From an uncultured Bacilli bacterium (lineage in GTDB: Bacteria; Bacillota_I; Bacilli_A; RFN20; CAG-826), in contig CAKUWP010000008.1 of NCBI GenBank assembly GCA_934699525.1, forward strand, positions 5,603 through 69,602: 64,000 nt of DNA. The letters run 5' to 3'. Positions 1 through 9,717 of this stretch are shown piece after piece. The first letter of the stretch is position 1. Each line of letters starts with the position of its first letter. A model generated the notes under the pieces. It was not told where the DNA came from. It saw nothing but the letters and a program-made list of their open reading frames with translations, and did not search any database. Made by a program: the position numbers and the translations under genes.

Positions 1-263
1 AGGAGCTCGATGATGATCTGAGCGGTAATGTAAGGCGAGACCCCTAGGGCAAAGACAGAGAAGTTCGAAAGCGCTCCCCCGCCCAACAAATCCATCAAGG
101 CCAGGGCGCTGCCGGAGTTCATTGCATTTTGCAATTCCGCTTCGGCATGGACGCCCGGAACCGAGATAGCCGCCCCGATCCTGATGACGAAGAGAATCAT
201 GACCGTAAAGAAGATACGGCCAACAATCTCCTTGTTTTTGAAGATCGAGACGAACTTATGCAT
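1..263 (-). CDS. secY: preprotein translocase subunit SecY (5' part only; gene runs off the window start)
   Basis: Own minus-strand translation from ATG at 261-263 gives MHKFVSIFKNKEIVGRIFFTVMILFVIRIGAAISVPG..., a typical SecY N-terminus. The start overlaps the rplO stop (TAATG). Canonical position after rplO. Confidence 0.85.
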   Translation of the reverse strand, partial: MHKFVSIFKNKEIVGRIFFTVMILFVIRIGAAISVPGVHAEAELQNAMNSGSALALMDLLGGGALSNFSVFALGVSPYITAQIIIEL

Positions 264-718
264 TAGGCAATAACCTTGGCTTCGCCGCCGAGGTCCTCAA
301 TCGCTTTCTTCGCAGAGGCAGAGAAGGCCTTCGCTTCGACGACGAGCTTCTTGGTGAGCTTGCCATTGCCGAGGACTTTCACGCCGCTGAGTTCTTTCTT
401 GATGATTTTCTTTTCAAGAAGGATAGCGGTGGTAACCGTTTCGCCCTCTTGGAAATACTTTTCAAGAGTATTGAGGCTGATCGTCGCGTAGACGGTCGGG
501 TTGTTGTGGTGAGTTTTACGAGCGCCAAACTTCGGAAGACGGCGAGCGATCGGCGTTTGTCCGCCTTCGAATCCGTTCTTCTTGGTGTGGGCGTGGGCAC
601 CCTGCCCCTTCGTGCCTTTGCCAGCGGTCTTTCCGTTTCCGGATCCGCGGCCACGGCCCTTGCGGAAGGCATCCGTCTTCGCGCCGGGGGCGTTGTGGAG
701 ATTATGAAGGTTCGTCAT
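263..718 (-). CDS. rplO: 50S ribosomal protein L15
   Basis: 151-aa ORF with Gly/Lys-rich N-terminus GRGRGSGNGKTAGKGTKGQ and ...PKFGARK. Sits in spc operon order. Confidence 0.96.
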   Translation of the reverse strand: MTNLHNLHNAPGAKTDAFRKGRGRGSGNGKTAGKGTKGQGAHAHTKKNGFEGGQTPIARRLPKFGARKTHHNNPTVYATISLNTLEKYFQEGETVTTAILLEKKIIKKELSGVKVLGNGKLTKKLVVEAKAFSASAKKAIEDLGGEAKVIA

Positions 719-720
719 GA

Positions 721-1458
721 TTACTTATCTCCTTTCGAGGCATCTTTTTTAGCGGCCATCGCAGCTTTGTGGGCGGCGCGTTCCGCATCATGTTTGGCTT
801 TGATTTGTTCCGGGGTCTTCTTGCCACGGAGGATCATGACCTTATCGTACTCCTTGAGGGAGAGAAGGCCAGCCGAGGTGGCGCGAATCACGTTGATCGG
901 GGTACGGGAACCGTAAACCTTAGCAACGATGTTCTTGACACCAGCGAGTTCGACGATGGCGCGAACAGCACCGCCAGCGACAATACCCGTGCCAGCCGGA
1001 GCCGGTTTCAAGACGACCTTGGTCGATCCGAAAACGCCTTCGACGTCATGGGTGATCGTTCCCTTAAGGAGGGGAACGGAATACATTTGCTTGCGAGCAG
1101 CGGCCAACGACTTTTTGATGGCATCGGGGACTTCGCCCGACTTCGACATCGCGAAGCCATATTTGCCTTTTCCATCGCCGACAACGGCGAGAGCGGAGAA
1201 GCGGACGTGTTTTCCGCCTTGAACCGTTTTGGAAACGCGGTTGATAGCAACCACGCGCTCGGTCAATCCATCGTCGTTTCCACGATGGAATCCGCCGCGA
1301 CCGCCACGTCTTTCAGACGGACGTCCACGGTGGGAAGCGTCTTTGCGATCCCCAGGACGGGGAGCGGCGGCCGAGCCATGGGGCTCGTATCCGCTTTTAG
1401 CAGAGGCTTGTTCCTCGACGTTTTCCGCCGGGGCATTGACTTTGTTTTCTTCTTCCAT
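721..1458 (-). CDS. rpsE: 30S ribosomal protein S5, with long N-terminal (about 65 aa, RG-rich) and C-terminal (about 25 aa, K/A-rich) extensions
   Basis: Core LTERVVAINRVSKTVQGGKHVRFSALAVVGDGKGKYGF... is canonical S5. AAGGAG lies 8 nt upstream of the ATG at 1458 and there is no internal Met before the core. Confidence 0.95.
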   Translation of the reverse strand: MEEENKVNAPAENVEEQASAKSGYEPHGSAAAPRPGDRKDASHRGRPSERRGGRGGFHRGNDDGLTERVVAINRVSKTVQGGKHVRFSALAVVGDGKGKYGFAMSKSGEVPDAIKKSLAAARKQMYSVPLLKGTITHDVEGVFGSTKVVLKPAPAGTGIVAGGAVRAIVELAGVKNIVAKVYGSRTPINVIRATSAGLLSLKEYDKVMILRGKKTPEQIKAKHDAERAAHKAAMAAKKDASKGDK

Positions 1459-1469
1459 GGTCCTTCTCC

Positions 1470-1826
1470 TTAGAACTTAAGTCCGCCTTCGCGCGCAGCA
1501 TCGGCTAACGCAGCGACGCGGCCGTGGTAGAGGTATCCGCCGCGGTCGAAGGCAACGATTTCGATGCCTTTGGCTTTGGCTTTGGCGGCAAGATCAGCAC
1601 CGACTTTGGCAGCCGCTTCGCAGTTTCCGCCGTTTTCGAGCTTCAATTGCGTGGACGAACTGGAGACGAGGGTGATTCCCTTCGTATCGTCGATGATTTG
1701 CGCTTCAATGTTTTTATTGGAGCGGAAGACGCAGAGGCGCGGTTTTTCGGCTGTGCCGGAGACTTTGGCGCGAACGCGAACGTGTTTGCGAACGCGGGCG
1801 ACGTTTCTCGATTCTTTTTCAATCAT
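1470..1826 (-). CDS. rplR: 50S ribosomal protein L18
   Basis: 118-aa [40 protein letters not shown]..., in operon order. Confidence 0.96.
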   Translation of the reverse strand: MIEKESRNVARVRKHVRVRAKVSGTAEKPRLCVFRSNKNIEAQIIDDTKGITLVSSSSTQLKLENGGNCEAAAKVGADLAAKAKAKGIEIVAFDRGGYLYHGRVAALADAAREGGLKF

Positions 1827-1841
1827 AGCATCTCACTCCTA

Positions 1842-2393
1842 TTACTTCTTGCCAGTGGCAGCGGCGCGCTTACCTTCCTTACGGATGATATGTTCGCCCT
1901 TGTATTTGATTCCTTTGCCACCATAAGGTTCCGGACGCTTGGTGTCGTGGATGAGGGCAGCCATTTGGCCGACCTTTTGCTTGTCGATACCTTCGACGGC
2001 GATGTGGGTTTCATCTTTGCAGGTGATTTTAACCCCTTCAATCGGTTGAAGGACGACTTCGTGGGAGAAGCCAACGTTGAGAACGATGGCATTTCCGCGC
2101 ATGGCGCAGCGATAACCGATACCGACGATTTCAAGTTCTTTCTTGTAACCTTCGGAAACGCCGACGACGGCGTTGTGGATGTTGGCACGGGTCGTTCCGT
2201 GCAAAGTGCGCTCTTCGATTTCATTGCCCTTAACGGTGCAATGGATCGCTCCGTCTTTGACCTCGACGCTCACGAGAGCGGGGACGCTCACGCTTAATTC
2301 GCCTTTGGATCCTTTGACGGTGATGACGCCGTTGGCGAAGTTCGCCGTGACGCCTTCAGGAAGAACGACGGGTTTAAATCCGATACGAGACAT
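1842..2393 (-). CDS. rplF: 50S ribosomal protein L6
   Basis: 183-aa ORF, MSRIGFKPVVLPEGV...GKGIKYKGE, in operon order. Confidence 0.96.
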   Translation of the reverse strand: MSRIGFKPVVLPEGVTANFANGVITVKGSKGELSVSVPALVSVEVKDGAIHCTVKGNEIEERTLHGTTRANIHNAVVGVSEGYKKELEIVGIGYRCAMRGNAIVLNVGFSHEVVLQPIEGVKITCKDETHIAVEGIDKQKVGQMAALIHDTKRPEPYGGKGIKYKGEHIIRKEGKRAAATGKK

Positions 2394-2414
2394 TTTGTTT
2401 TCTTCCTTTCTCTA

Positions 2415-2828
2415 TTACCAAATGTAGCAGAGGACTTCGCCACCGACGTTGGCTTTGCGAGCCTGGGAGTCGGTGAGCAATCCCTTGGGGGTGCTGACGA
2501 TGGCAATGCCAAGGCCATGCAAGACCGTCGGGATTTTGTCCGCTTCAGAGTAGACGCGGAGACCAGGTTTGGAGATTCTCTTCAAATTGGTGATCGCACG
2601 TTCGCCGGAGGCGCTGTACTTGAGGAGGACGTTGAGGGTTTTCTTTCCATCGTTCTCTTCGACGTTGAAACCGTTGATGAACCCTTCGTTTTGAAGGATT
2701 TTCGCGATGTTTTCTTTCATCTTGGAGTGCGGCATGGAGACTTCGTCATAACGAAGAGCGTTCGCATTGCGGATGCGGGTGAGCATATCCGCGATTGGAT
2801 CGCCAATATTAGCGTTCATAGCTTTCAT
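2415..2828 (-). CDS. rpsH: 30S ribosomal protein S8
   Basis: [13 protein letters not shown] motif. AAGGAG lies 9 nt upstream of the ATG at 2828. Confidence 0.96.
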   Translation of the reverse strand: MKAMNANIGDPIADMLTRIRNANALRYDEVSMPHSKMKENIAKILQNEGFINGFNVEENDGKKTLNVLLKYSASGERAITNLKRISKPGLRVYSEADKIPTVLHGLGIAIVSTPKGLLTDSQARKANVGGEVLCYIW

Positions 2829-2847
2829 TGTTTCTTTCTCCTTTCCA

Positions 2848-3033
2848 TTACCAAGAGGCCTTTTTCATGCCCGGGATTTCGCCCTTATAGGCGAGTTCAC
2901 GGAGGCAGATACGGCAGAGGCCGAAGCGGCGGATGACGCCGTGAGGACGGCCGCAACGCTTGCAGCGAGTGTACTCACGAGTGGAGAACTTCTGCTTGCG
3001 GTTGCATTTGTTGATTAAACTTTTCTTAGCCAT
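2848..3033 (-). CDS. rpsN: 30S ribosomal protein S14, short zinc-binding type Z
   Basis: 61 aa with CxxC...CxxC (CKRCGRP...CRIC), ending KASW. Position is between rplE and rpsH. Confidence 0.95.
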   Translation of the reverse strand: MAKKSLINKCNRKQKFSTREYTRCKRCGRPHGVIRRFGLCRICLRELAYKGEIPGMKKASW

Positions 3034-3044
3034 TTTCGGTCTCC

Positions 3045-3644
3045 TTACTTACGGAACGGGAAGCCCATTTTGTCCAAGAGGGCAAACGCTTCCTTGTCGC
3101 TCTTCGCCGTGGTGACGAAGACGATGTCCATACCACGGATCTTGGCCACTTTATCATAGTCAATTTCCGGGAAGATGAGCTGTTCCTTGACGCCCAAGGT
3201 GTAATTGCCGTGGCCGTCGAAGGCGTTCTTGCTGATACCGCGGAAATCGCGGACGCGAGGCAAGGCGATCGAGACAAGCTTATCGAGGAATTCGTACATG
3301 CGTTGGCCGCGAAGGGTCACTTTGCAGCCGATGGCCTGTCCTTCGCGGACTTTGAAGGTCGCGATGGATTTCTTGGCCTTGGTGACGACGGGGTGCTGAC
3401 CCGCGATGATCGTGAGGTCATTAACCGCGTCATCCAACGCTTTGGAATTTTGGGTCGCATCACCAACACCCATGTTGATGACGATCTTTTCGAGGCGCGG
3501 AGCCATCATGATGGTGGAATAACCGAATTCCTTCACGAGAGCGGGACGCACTTCTTCTTTGTATTTCTTTTGGAGGCGGTTGACGTATTTCACGTTTTCT
3601 TCCTCCACAGGGGCCGCCTTAACGGCTTTCTTAGCAGTTGCCAT
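3045..3644 (-). CDS. rplE: 50S ribosomal protein L5 (about 18-aa N-terminal K/A/E extension)
   Basis: 199-aa [24 protein letters not shown]...NMGVGDA..., in operon order. Confidence 0.96.
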   Translation of the reverse strand: MATAKKAVKAAPVEEENVKYVNRLQKKYKEEVRPALVKEFGYSTIMMAPRLEKIVINMGVGDATQNSKALDDAVNDLTIIAGQHPVVTKAKKSIATFKVREGQAIGCKVTLRGQRMYEFLDKLVSIALPRVRDFRGISKNAFDGHGNYTLGVKEQLIFPEIDYDKVAKIRGMDIVFVTTAKSDKEAFALLDKMGFPFRK

Positions 3645-3658
3645 TTAGCGTTTCCTCC

Positions 3659-3964
3659 TTAGTCAAGGACCTCGCCGCTTTTCGCGACACGGACCTTTTT
3701 GCCTTTGACGACCTTGTGATAGACACGGGTCGGCTTTTTCGTTTTCGGATCGATGACCATGACATTGCTGGCATCGAACGGAGCGTAGATGTCGACGATG
3801 CTGCCTTCAGGGACAGATTGGGTCGGCTTCTTGTGCTTCTTATGGACGTTGACACCTTCGACGACGACTCGATTGAGCTTCGGATAGACGCGTTGGACGG
3901 TCCCTTCTTTGCCTTTGTCGGCGCCGGAGATAACGACGATCTTATCACCTTTTTTGATGTTCAT
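3659..3964 (-). CDS. rplX: 50S ribosomal protein L24
   Basis: 101 aa, [21 protein letters not shown] (KOW motif). Confidence 0.96.
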   Translation of the reverse strand: MNIKKGDKIVVISGADKGKEGTVQRVYPKLNRVVVEGVNVHKKHKKPTQSVPEGSIVDIYAPFDASNVMVIDPKTKKPTRVYHKVVKGKKVRVAKSGEVLD

Positions 3965-3978
3965 GTTTCCTTATCTCC

Positions 3979-4347
3979 TTATAGCACTTCGATCGCGAGG
4001 GAAATAATCTTCATATAGCCTTTTTCGCGAAGTTCGCGAGCGACAGGCCCGAAGACACGGGTTCCAACCGGATTTCCGTCGTTGTCGACGATAACGACGG
4101 CGTTGTCATCGAAGCGGATGGTCGAGCCATCTTTGCGTTGTACGGGGTACTTCACGCGGACGATGACGCCTTTGACGACGTCGCTCTTCTTGACCTTACC
4201 ATTCGGGGTGGCCTCTTTGACAGCGCAGAGAACGATGTCGCCGAGGGAAGAGACTTTGCGGTGGCTTCCGCCGTATTGACGGAAGACGCGGACGGAGCGG
4301 GCGCCGGAGTTATCGGCAACCACGAGGTTCGTTTCGTTCTGGACCAT
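3979..4347 (-). CDS. rplN: 50S ribosomal protein L14
   Basis: 122 aa, [17 protein letters not shown]... The start overlaps the rpsQ stop (TAATG). Confidence 0.97.
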   Translation of the reverse strand: MVQNETNLVVADNSGARSVRVFRQYGGSHRKVSSLGDIVLCAVKEATPNGKVKKSDVVKGVIVRVKYPVQRKDGSTIRFDDNAVVIVDNDGNPVGTRVFGPVARELREKGYMKIISLAIEVL

Positions 4348-4688
4348 TATTTGGCCTCCTCAGCCGGAGCGACCACTTCGGAGGAGCCTTCGGCTTCTTC
4401 GAGTTTCGTTTCAGCTTCCGCGGCATTTTCAGCCGTGACAACTTTTTGGTCGATGCTCACAAGACGGAAGCGAACCATCTTAGAGAGCGGACGGGTCGCC
4501 ATGATGGTGACGACGTCGCCGACATTGGCGGCGTTGTTTTCATCGTGGGCGTAGTATTTCTTGGAATAACCGACGCGTTTGCCGTAGAGCGGGTGGTTGC
4601 GTTCGGTGGAGACGGTGACAACAATCGTCTTATTCATTTTCGTCGAGGTGACAACACCTTGAACGGAGAAGCGATGATTTCTTTCCAT
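4347..4688 (-). CDS. rpsQ: 30S ribosomal protein S17 with about 29-aa acidic C-terminal tail
   Basis: Core ...[29 protein letters not shown]... is canonical. The tail [29 protein letters not shown] is extra. Confidence 0.95.
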   Translation of the reverse strand: MERNHRFSVQGVVTSTKMNKTIVVTVSTERNHPLYGKRVGYSKKYYAHDENNAANVGDVVTIMATRPLSKMVRFRLVSIDQKVVTAENAAEAETKLEEAEGSSEVVAPAEEAK

Positions 4689-4703
4689 GATTGGTCTCCT
4701 TTA

Positions 4704-4904
4704 TTACTTAGCGATGTTAAGCTCGCGTTCGCGCTTAACGGTTTCACATTTCGCAAGATCTTTGCGAGCAGTGTGGATCTCATTGCCATTCTCCAAGCTG
4801 CCAACCGCTTTCTTGCGGCGGAGTTCGAAGAGGTGTTGCTTGAGATCGTAGATCTTGGCATTGAGCTCTTCCGGGGTCAATGCGCGGATATCTTTGATTT
4901 CCAT
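4704..4904 (-). CDS. rpmC: 50S ribosomal protein L29
   Basis: 66 aa, ...LTPEELNAKIYDLKQHLFELR... The start overlaps the rplP stop (TAATG). Confidence 0.95.
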   Translation of the reverse strand: MEIKDIRALTPEELNAKIYDLKQHLFELRRKKAVGSLENGNEIHTARKDLAKCETVKRERELNIAK

Positions 4905-5455
4905 TATTTGGCCTCCTCAGCGGGTGCGGGGGTATCGTTTCCGGTATCCGCAACCGTGGTTTTCTCAACGCCTTCTTCGGCTTCAAGGGCTTCGACGGAG
5001 GAAGCGTGGGCTTCTTCCATCTTGAGCAAGTCTGCCTGGGACAAGGCCTTGGTGCGTTTCACAACCTTGGTCTTGACGGGGAGCTTGTAACCAGCAAGGC
5101 GAAGCGCTTCCGTAGCAATCTTCGGGTCGATGCCGCCAATTTCGAACATGACGGTGCCGGCTTTGACGACGGCCGCCCAGCCTTCCGGGCTGCCTTTACC
5201 GGAACCCATACGAACTTCGGCAGGCTTCTTGGTAAGAGCGTGATGTGGGAAGATACGGATCCAAACTTTTCCGGCGCGGTCCGTATAACGGGCGAGCACG
5301 ATACGAGCGGATTCGATTTGGTGATCGGTGATGTAAGCACCTTCAAGGGCCATCAAACCATATTCGCCGAAGTCGACGGTGGTTCCACCCTTGGCTTTGC
5401 CCTCATAGCTTAATCCGTGGGGGCGACGGTATTTAACGCGCTTTGGCTGCAGCAT
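4904..5455 (-). CDS. rplP: 50S ribosomal protein L16 with about 49-aa acidic C-terminal tail
   Basis: Start moved to [14 protein letters not shown] (ATG 5453-5455; AGGAGG 8 nt upstream). The longer tracked ORF (to 5509) is an upstream artefact. Overlaps the rpsC 3' end by 23 nt. Confidence 0.93.
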   Translation of the reverse strand: MLQPKRVKYRRPHGLSYEGKAKGGTTVDFGEYGLMALEGAYITDHQIESARIVLARYTDRAGKVWIRIFPHHALTKKPAEVRMGSGKGSPEGWAAVVKAGTVMFEIGGIDPKIATEALRLAGYKLPVKTKVVKRTKALSQADLLKMEEAHASSVEALEAEEGVEKTTVADTGNDTPAPAEEAK

Positions 5456-6203
5456 TTTCGCTTCCTCCTTTGCGTTCCGGACGACGAGCGCCGCGACGGT
5501 CATTGCCACGGAATCCTCCGCGGGTCATGGCCGGGGCATCCTCGTTGGGGATGGCCAAGTCTTCTTTGTTCAAGGAACGGCAGATCCACACCTTGACGCC
5601 GATGTTTCCATAGGTCGTCTGAGCGGTGACATGAGCGAAGTCGATGTCAGCACGGATGGTGTGTAGAGGAACGACGCCCTCTTTGTATCCTTCGGCGCGG
5701 GCGATTTCCGCTCCGCCAAGGCGGCCGGAGCAGAGGGTTTTGCATCCCTTAGCACCAGCGCGGCGCATTCTTTGAATGGCTTTCTTCATGGTCGAACGGA
5801 AGGCGGCACGATTTTCGAGTTCGCTCGCAATCCATTGAGCCATAAGGTTGGCATCGAGGTCCGGGTTTTTGATTTCCACAACGTCGAGTTGAGGATTGCC
5901 GGATTTCACAATGCGCTTGAGATCGTTGACGATCTTCTCCTTGTTCGATCCTTCTTGTCCAAGGACTTCGCCAGGACGAGCAACGAACAATTTGATTTTG
6001 ACGTCATGGCCTTTGTCGGTTTTGACGCGGCCAATCTCGACGCGGGAGAGCATCGCGGATTTCGCAGCTTTTTCAAGGTAGCGGCGGATGGCGATGTCCT
6101 CATTGATGTAGGTTCCGTAGTCTTTCTTCGGAGCGTACCATTTCGAACTCCAGTCGCGGTTGATACCAACGCGCATGCCAACGGCATTAACTTTGTGTCC
6201 CAT
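5433..6203 (-). CDS. rpsC: 30S ribosomal protein S3 with RG-rich C-terminal extension
   Basis: [24 protein letters not shown]... is canonical S3. The tail is ...[21 protein letters not shown]... Confidence 0.96.
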   Translation of the reverse strand: MGHKVNAVGMRVGINRDWSSKWYAPKKDYGTYINEDIAIRRYLEKAAKSAMLSRVEIGRVKTDKGHDVKIKLFVARPGEVLGQEGSNKEKIVNDLKRIVKSGNPQLDVVEIKNPDLDANLMAQWIASELENRAAFRSTMKKAIQRMRRAGAKGCKTLCSGRLGGAEIARAEGYKEGVVPLHTIRADIDFAHVTAQTTYGNIGVKVWICRSLNKEDLAIPNEDAPAMTRGGFRGNDRRGARRPERKGGSENAAAKAR

Positions 6204-6222
6204 AGTTTTATCGCGACCCTCC

Positions 6223-6789
6223 TTAGTTCCTTTCCTTCACGGTGATGCGGATGTTGGCGTTACGTTTGATGATACCAGAGGCAGAACCTTTAGCACGCGG
6301 GATGTAACGCTTGATCTTCAAGCCATCGCTGACTTGGATTTCGCTGATGTAGAGCTTGCTGCCATCCATGTGGAAGTTGTTGATGGCGTTAGCAGCGGCG
6401 CTCTTGATGAGTTTTTCCACCGGGGTCACCGCCGCTTTGTTGGTGATCGCGAGGATGGCGAGCGCGTCCTTGACGTCTTTGCCACGGACAAGGTCAATCA
6501 CAAGACGGACTTTGCGCGGGGTGACGCGGACATCGCGGGCGAAGGCATGAGCTTCGGTGACGGCCGGTTTTTCCGGGGCCACCGGGGCTTTCTTCGCTTC
6601 TTTAGCAGCCTGTTTGGCAGCTTTCTTCGCTTCTTTGGTTTCGACTTCCTTCACCGCTTCTTCCTTAACGGTTTCGGTTTCTTTCTTCTCGGCTTTCTTG
6701 GCAGCGGGTTTTTTCGCCGGGGCCTTCTTCGCCGTGGTCGTCTTTTTCGCCGGAGCTTTTTTCACGGTCTTCTTTTCTTCTTCAGCCAT
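6223..6789 (-). CDS. rplV: 50S ribosomal protein L22 with about 78-aa Lys/Ala/Glu-rich N-terminal extension
   Basis: The core starts around AHAFARDVRVTPRKVRLVIDLVRGK. The N-terminus is MAEEEKKTVKKAPAKKTTTAKKAPAKKPAAKKAEKKE... Confidence 0.95.
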   Translation of the reverse strand: MAEEEKKTVKKAPAKKTTTAKKAPAKKPAAKKAEKKETETVKEEAVKEVETKEAKKAAKQAAKEAKKAPVAPEKPAVTEAHAFARDVRVTPRKVRLVIDLVRGKDVKDALAILAITNKAAVTPVEKLIKSAAANAINNFHMDGSKLYISEIQVSDGLKIKRYIPRAKGSASGIIKRNANIRITVKERN

Positions 6790-6800
6790 GATGTTTCTCC

Positions 6801-7088
6801 TTATTTCTTAGCGGCTTGGTCGCCGACGTTGTTTCCGTGGTGGCCAGGGAAGTTACGGGTCGGGGCGAATTCGCCAAGTTTGTGTCCGACCATATCTTCG
6901 GTGACGTAGACGGTGATGTGTTCGTGGCCGTTATAGACCGCGAAGGTTTGTTCGACGAAGGCGGGATAGATCGTCGAGCGGCGAGACCATGTCTTGATGA
7001 TCTCTTTTTTGCCGGATTTGAGGTTGGCTTCTACCTTTTTGAGAAGGTATTCATCCACAAATGGGCCTTTTTTCAGTGAACGAGACAT
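6801..7088 (-). CDS. rpsS: 30S ribosomal protein S19
   Basis: [19 protein letters not shown]... Confidence 0.97.
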   Translation of the reverse strand: MSRSLKKGPFVDEYLLKKVEANLKSGKKEIIKTWSRRSTIYPAFVEQTFAVYNGHEHITVYVTEDMVGHKLGEFAPTRNFPGHHGNNVGDQAAKK

Positions 7089-7106
7089 TTCCTATCTCTC
7101 CTTTCC

Positions 7107-7940
7107 TTACTTCTTAGAAGCACGTCTGACAATGAGACGCGTCGAATTCTTCTTCATATGACGGGTCTTGACGCCTTGGCATCTCTTGCCCCAAGGGCTG
7201 CGAGGAGCATCACGTCCGACCGGGCACTTACCCTCACCACCACCATGAGGGTGATCGCAGGGGTTCATGGCAGAACCACGGACCGTCGGGCGGGTTCCCT
7301 TCCAACGGGATTTACCAGCTTTGCCGAGGTTGATGAGGTTCCAGTCCTCGTTACCAACGATACCGATGGTAGCGCGGCAGTTCTTGAGGAGCTTGCGGAC
7401 TTCGCCAGAAGCCAAGCGAACGATGACATATTTGCCTTCGTTGCCGAGGATCTGAGCCGAGGTTCCGGCGGCACGGCACATTTGAGCGCCTTTGCCGGGT
7501 TGAAGCTCGAGGCCATGGATGAAGGTTCCTTCAGGAATGTTTTGAAGTTCGAGGCAGTTGCCGACTTTGATGTCGGTCTTTTCGCCCGAGATGACCACAT
7601 CGCCAACCTTGAGGTTTTGCGGCTCAAGGATGTAGGACTTTACGCCATCCGCATAGCAGATGAGCGCGATGTTGGCGTTGCGGTTGGGATCGTATTCGAT
7701 CGCCTTGACGGTCGCGGGGATGTTGTCCTTGCGGCGACGGAAGTCGATGATACGATAACGACGCTTGTTGCCACCGCCGATGTGACGGCAGGTGATTTTA
7801 CCCTGATTGTTGCGACCACCGGTCTTTTTGACGCGGCCAAGCAACGATTTTTCAGGAGTGGATTTGGTGATGTCCTCAAACGTGGAGTTCGTCATGGAAC
7901 GACGAGACTTGGTATAAGGACGATACGTTCTAATAGCCAT
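7107..7940 (-). CDS. rplB: 50S ribosomal protein L2
   Basis: 277 aa, ...[20 protein letters not shown]...HPHGGGEG... Confidence 0.97.
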   Translation of the reverse strand: MAIRTYRPYTKSRRSMTNSTFEDITKSTPEKSLLGRVKKTGGRNNQGKITCRHIGGGNKRRYRIIDFRRRKDNIPATVKAIEYDPNRNANIALICYADGVKSYILEPQNLKVGDVVISGEKTDIKVGNCLELQNIPEGTFIHGLELQPGKGAQMCRAAGTSAQILGNEGKYVIVRLASGEVRKLLKNCRATIGIVGNEDWNLINLGKAGKSRWKGTRPTVRGSAMNPCDHPHGGGEGKCPVGRDAPRSPWGKRCQGVKTRHMKKNSTRLIVRRASKK

Positions 7941-8007
7941 TCTTGGTTCTCCTATATTGGATGCTTTTCCTATATATCTTTATTTATATATATAAGAGGG
8001 TGATTCC

Positions 8008-8367
8008 TTACTCTTTGAAGAGATCAACAGCGCTTCCTTCGGCAACCGTGACGATGGCTTTCTTGTAGCCAGAGATGGTGCCCTTGTAACGGCCACCACG
8101 CGTCGTGGTTTTGGAACGGACGTTGATGGTTTTAACATCGACGACCTTCACTTGGAAGATATGCTCGAAGGCATATTTGATCTCGGTTTTGTTCGCAGAA
8201 CCCGCCACTTTGATCGTGACTTTGTTTTCGTTCTGCATCAGGGCCATGGATTTCTCGGTGATGATGGGAGAATCGATGACGGTGAAGTCTTTGGCGGTCG
8301 GCTTCGGGAAGGAAGCTTTCTTTTCCTCAACTTTTTCCGCTTTCACGGTTTTCTTTTCTTCAGCCAT
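8008..8367 (-). CDS. rplW: 50S ribosomal protein L23 (about 25-aa N-terminal K/E extension)
   Basis: Core ...VIDSPIITEKSMALMQNENKVTIKV..., in operon order. Confidence 0.94.
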   Translation of the reverse strand: MAEEKKTVKAEKVEEKKASFPKPTAKDFTVIDSPIITEKSMALMQNENKVTIKVAGSANKTEIKYAFEHIFQVKVVDVKTINVRSKTTTRGGRYKGTISGYKKAIVTVAEGSAVDLFKE

Positions 8368-8368
8368 A

Positions 8369-9016
8369 TTACTTCAAGGCCTCCTCGATGTTCTTGATTC
8401 CGTCCTTGCTAACGATGATGTTATCGAAGTAGAGGACGTCGTAGACGGAGATGTTGTCCGAAGTCGTAACAACGAGCTTGTCGATGTTGCGAGCGGAGAG
8501 GACGACATTTTCGTTCTCGAATTCAGTGACGACGAGGTTCTTCTTGCCAGCGAGGCCGAGGGCCGTAAGATGGCCGGCGAATCCTTTGGTCGAAACTTTT
8601 TCGACTTGGAGGGAATCGATGACAACGATTCCACCTTCCGCGACTTTCTCGCTCAACACGCCGCGAAGGGCGAGGTTGTGAGCTTTCTTATTTTGAGAAA
8701 GTTTGTAATTTTGATTGCCGTCGGGTCCGAAGACGGTTCCGCCGCCAACCCAGATTGGGGACTTGACGTCGCCGGAACGGGCGCGACCAGTTCCTTTTTG
8801 TCTCCAGGGCTTCTTATTGGTGCCGTGGACTTCGTGACGTTTCTTGGTTTTCGCGGTGGCTTGGCGAAGATTCGCTTGATAGACCGTGACCGCGTCTTTG
8901 ATGACTTGCGGATTGACGTCGGTGACGCCGAAGACGTCAGCGGAGACTTCAACCTTGCCAGCATCTTCACCATTCAAGGTTTTGACGGCTAAGCTGATCT
9001 TTTTTTCTGCAGCCAT
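8369..9016 (-). CDS. rplD: 50S ribosomal protein L4
   Basis: 215 aa, ...[25 protein letters not shown]... Confidence 0.96.
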   Translation of the reverse strand: MAAEKKISLAVKTLNGEDAGKVEVSADVFGVTDVNPQVIKDAVTVYQANLRQATAKTKKRHEVHGTNKKPWRQKGTGRARSGDVKSPIWVGGGTVFGPDGNQNYKLSQNKKAHNLALRGVLSEKVAEGGIVVIDSLQVEKVSTKGFAGHLTALGLAGKKNLVVTEFENENVVLSARNIDKLVVTTSDNISVYDVLYFDNIIVSKDGIKNIEEALK

Positions 9017-9019
9017 GGT

Positions 9020-9703
9020 TTATTCTCCTTTCTTCGTGAGATCAAGCGCGGGCTTGACTTCCGGTTTGTTGAATTGAACGCGGACAGGGGAACGAAGCAT
9101 AACGATGCTCTTCTTCGGTCCGGGAACGCCGCCCTTGACGAGGATGTAGCCTTTTTCAAGGTTGCTCTCAATGACGGTGACGTTTTGGATGGTGACTTGT
9201 TCGGGTCCCCAGTGTCCAGACATGTGTTTGCCAGGGATGATGCGGTTGTTGTCACGGCCGTTGTTGGCAACGGAGCCGATGCCGCGGTGGTAGCCGGAAC
9301 CATGTCCTTTGGGTCCGATGTGCATATTCCACTTTTTGATGGTGCCGGAATAGCCGTGTCCCTTGTTGTGGCCGATGACGTCGACGACGTCGCCAGCTTG
9401 GAACATATCAGCGGTTAAGGTCTCGCCAACGTTCTTGCCGTAGATTTCGTCGCCCTTGAGCTCGTAGAGCCCTTCTTTAACGGTGACGCCGGCTTTCTTG
9501 AAGAGTCCTTTTTCCGGTTTGTTGGCTCTGCGTTCGGCCATGTCTTCATAGCCGACGACGAGCGCTTCATAACCATTCTTTTCGATGGTTCTCTTGTCAA
9601 CGATGACGTTGGGGAGAACCTCGATGACGGTGACGGGGTACATCGTTCCGTCGGCGGCGAAGACCTCAGTCATGCCCGCTTTGCGTCCGATGATGGATTT
9701 CAT
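9020..9703 (-). CDS. rplC: 50S ribosomal protein L3
   Basis: MKSIIGRKAGMTEVF...GHGYSGTIKKWN... Confidence 0.96.
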   Translation of the reverse strand: MKSIIGRKAGMTEVFAADGTMYPVTVIEVLPNVIVDKRTIEKNGYEALVVGYEDMAERRANKPEKGLFKKAGVTVKEGLYELKGDEIYGKNVGETLTADMFQAGDVVDVIGHNKGHGYSGTIKKWNMHIGPKGHGSGYHRGIGSVANNGRDNNRIIPGKHMSGHWGPEQVTIQNVTVIESNLEKGYILVKGGVPGPKKSIVMLRSPVRVQFNKPEVKPALDLTKKGE

Positions 9704-9717
9704 GATGGTGGTCCTCC

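Noticed and set aside
769-8992. Very long antisense (+ strand) ORFs across the ribosomal operon (for example 769-1473, 1524-2297, 6160-6909, 7158-8003, 8105-8992).
   Set aside because: They lie exactly opposite strongly supported r-protein genes. Their translations are low-complexity and non-protein-like (G/A/R/F/D runs). They are explained by the higher GC and the strong codon bias of these highly expressed genes, which avoid TTA/CTA/TCA and so remove stops from the complementary frame.
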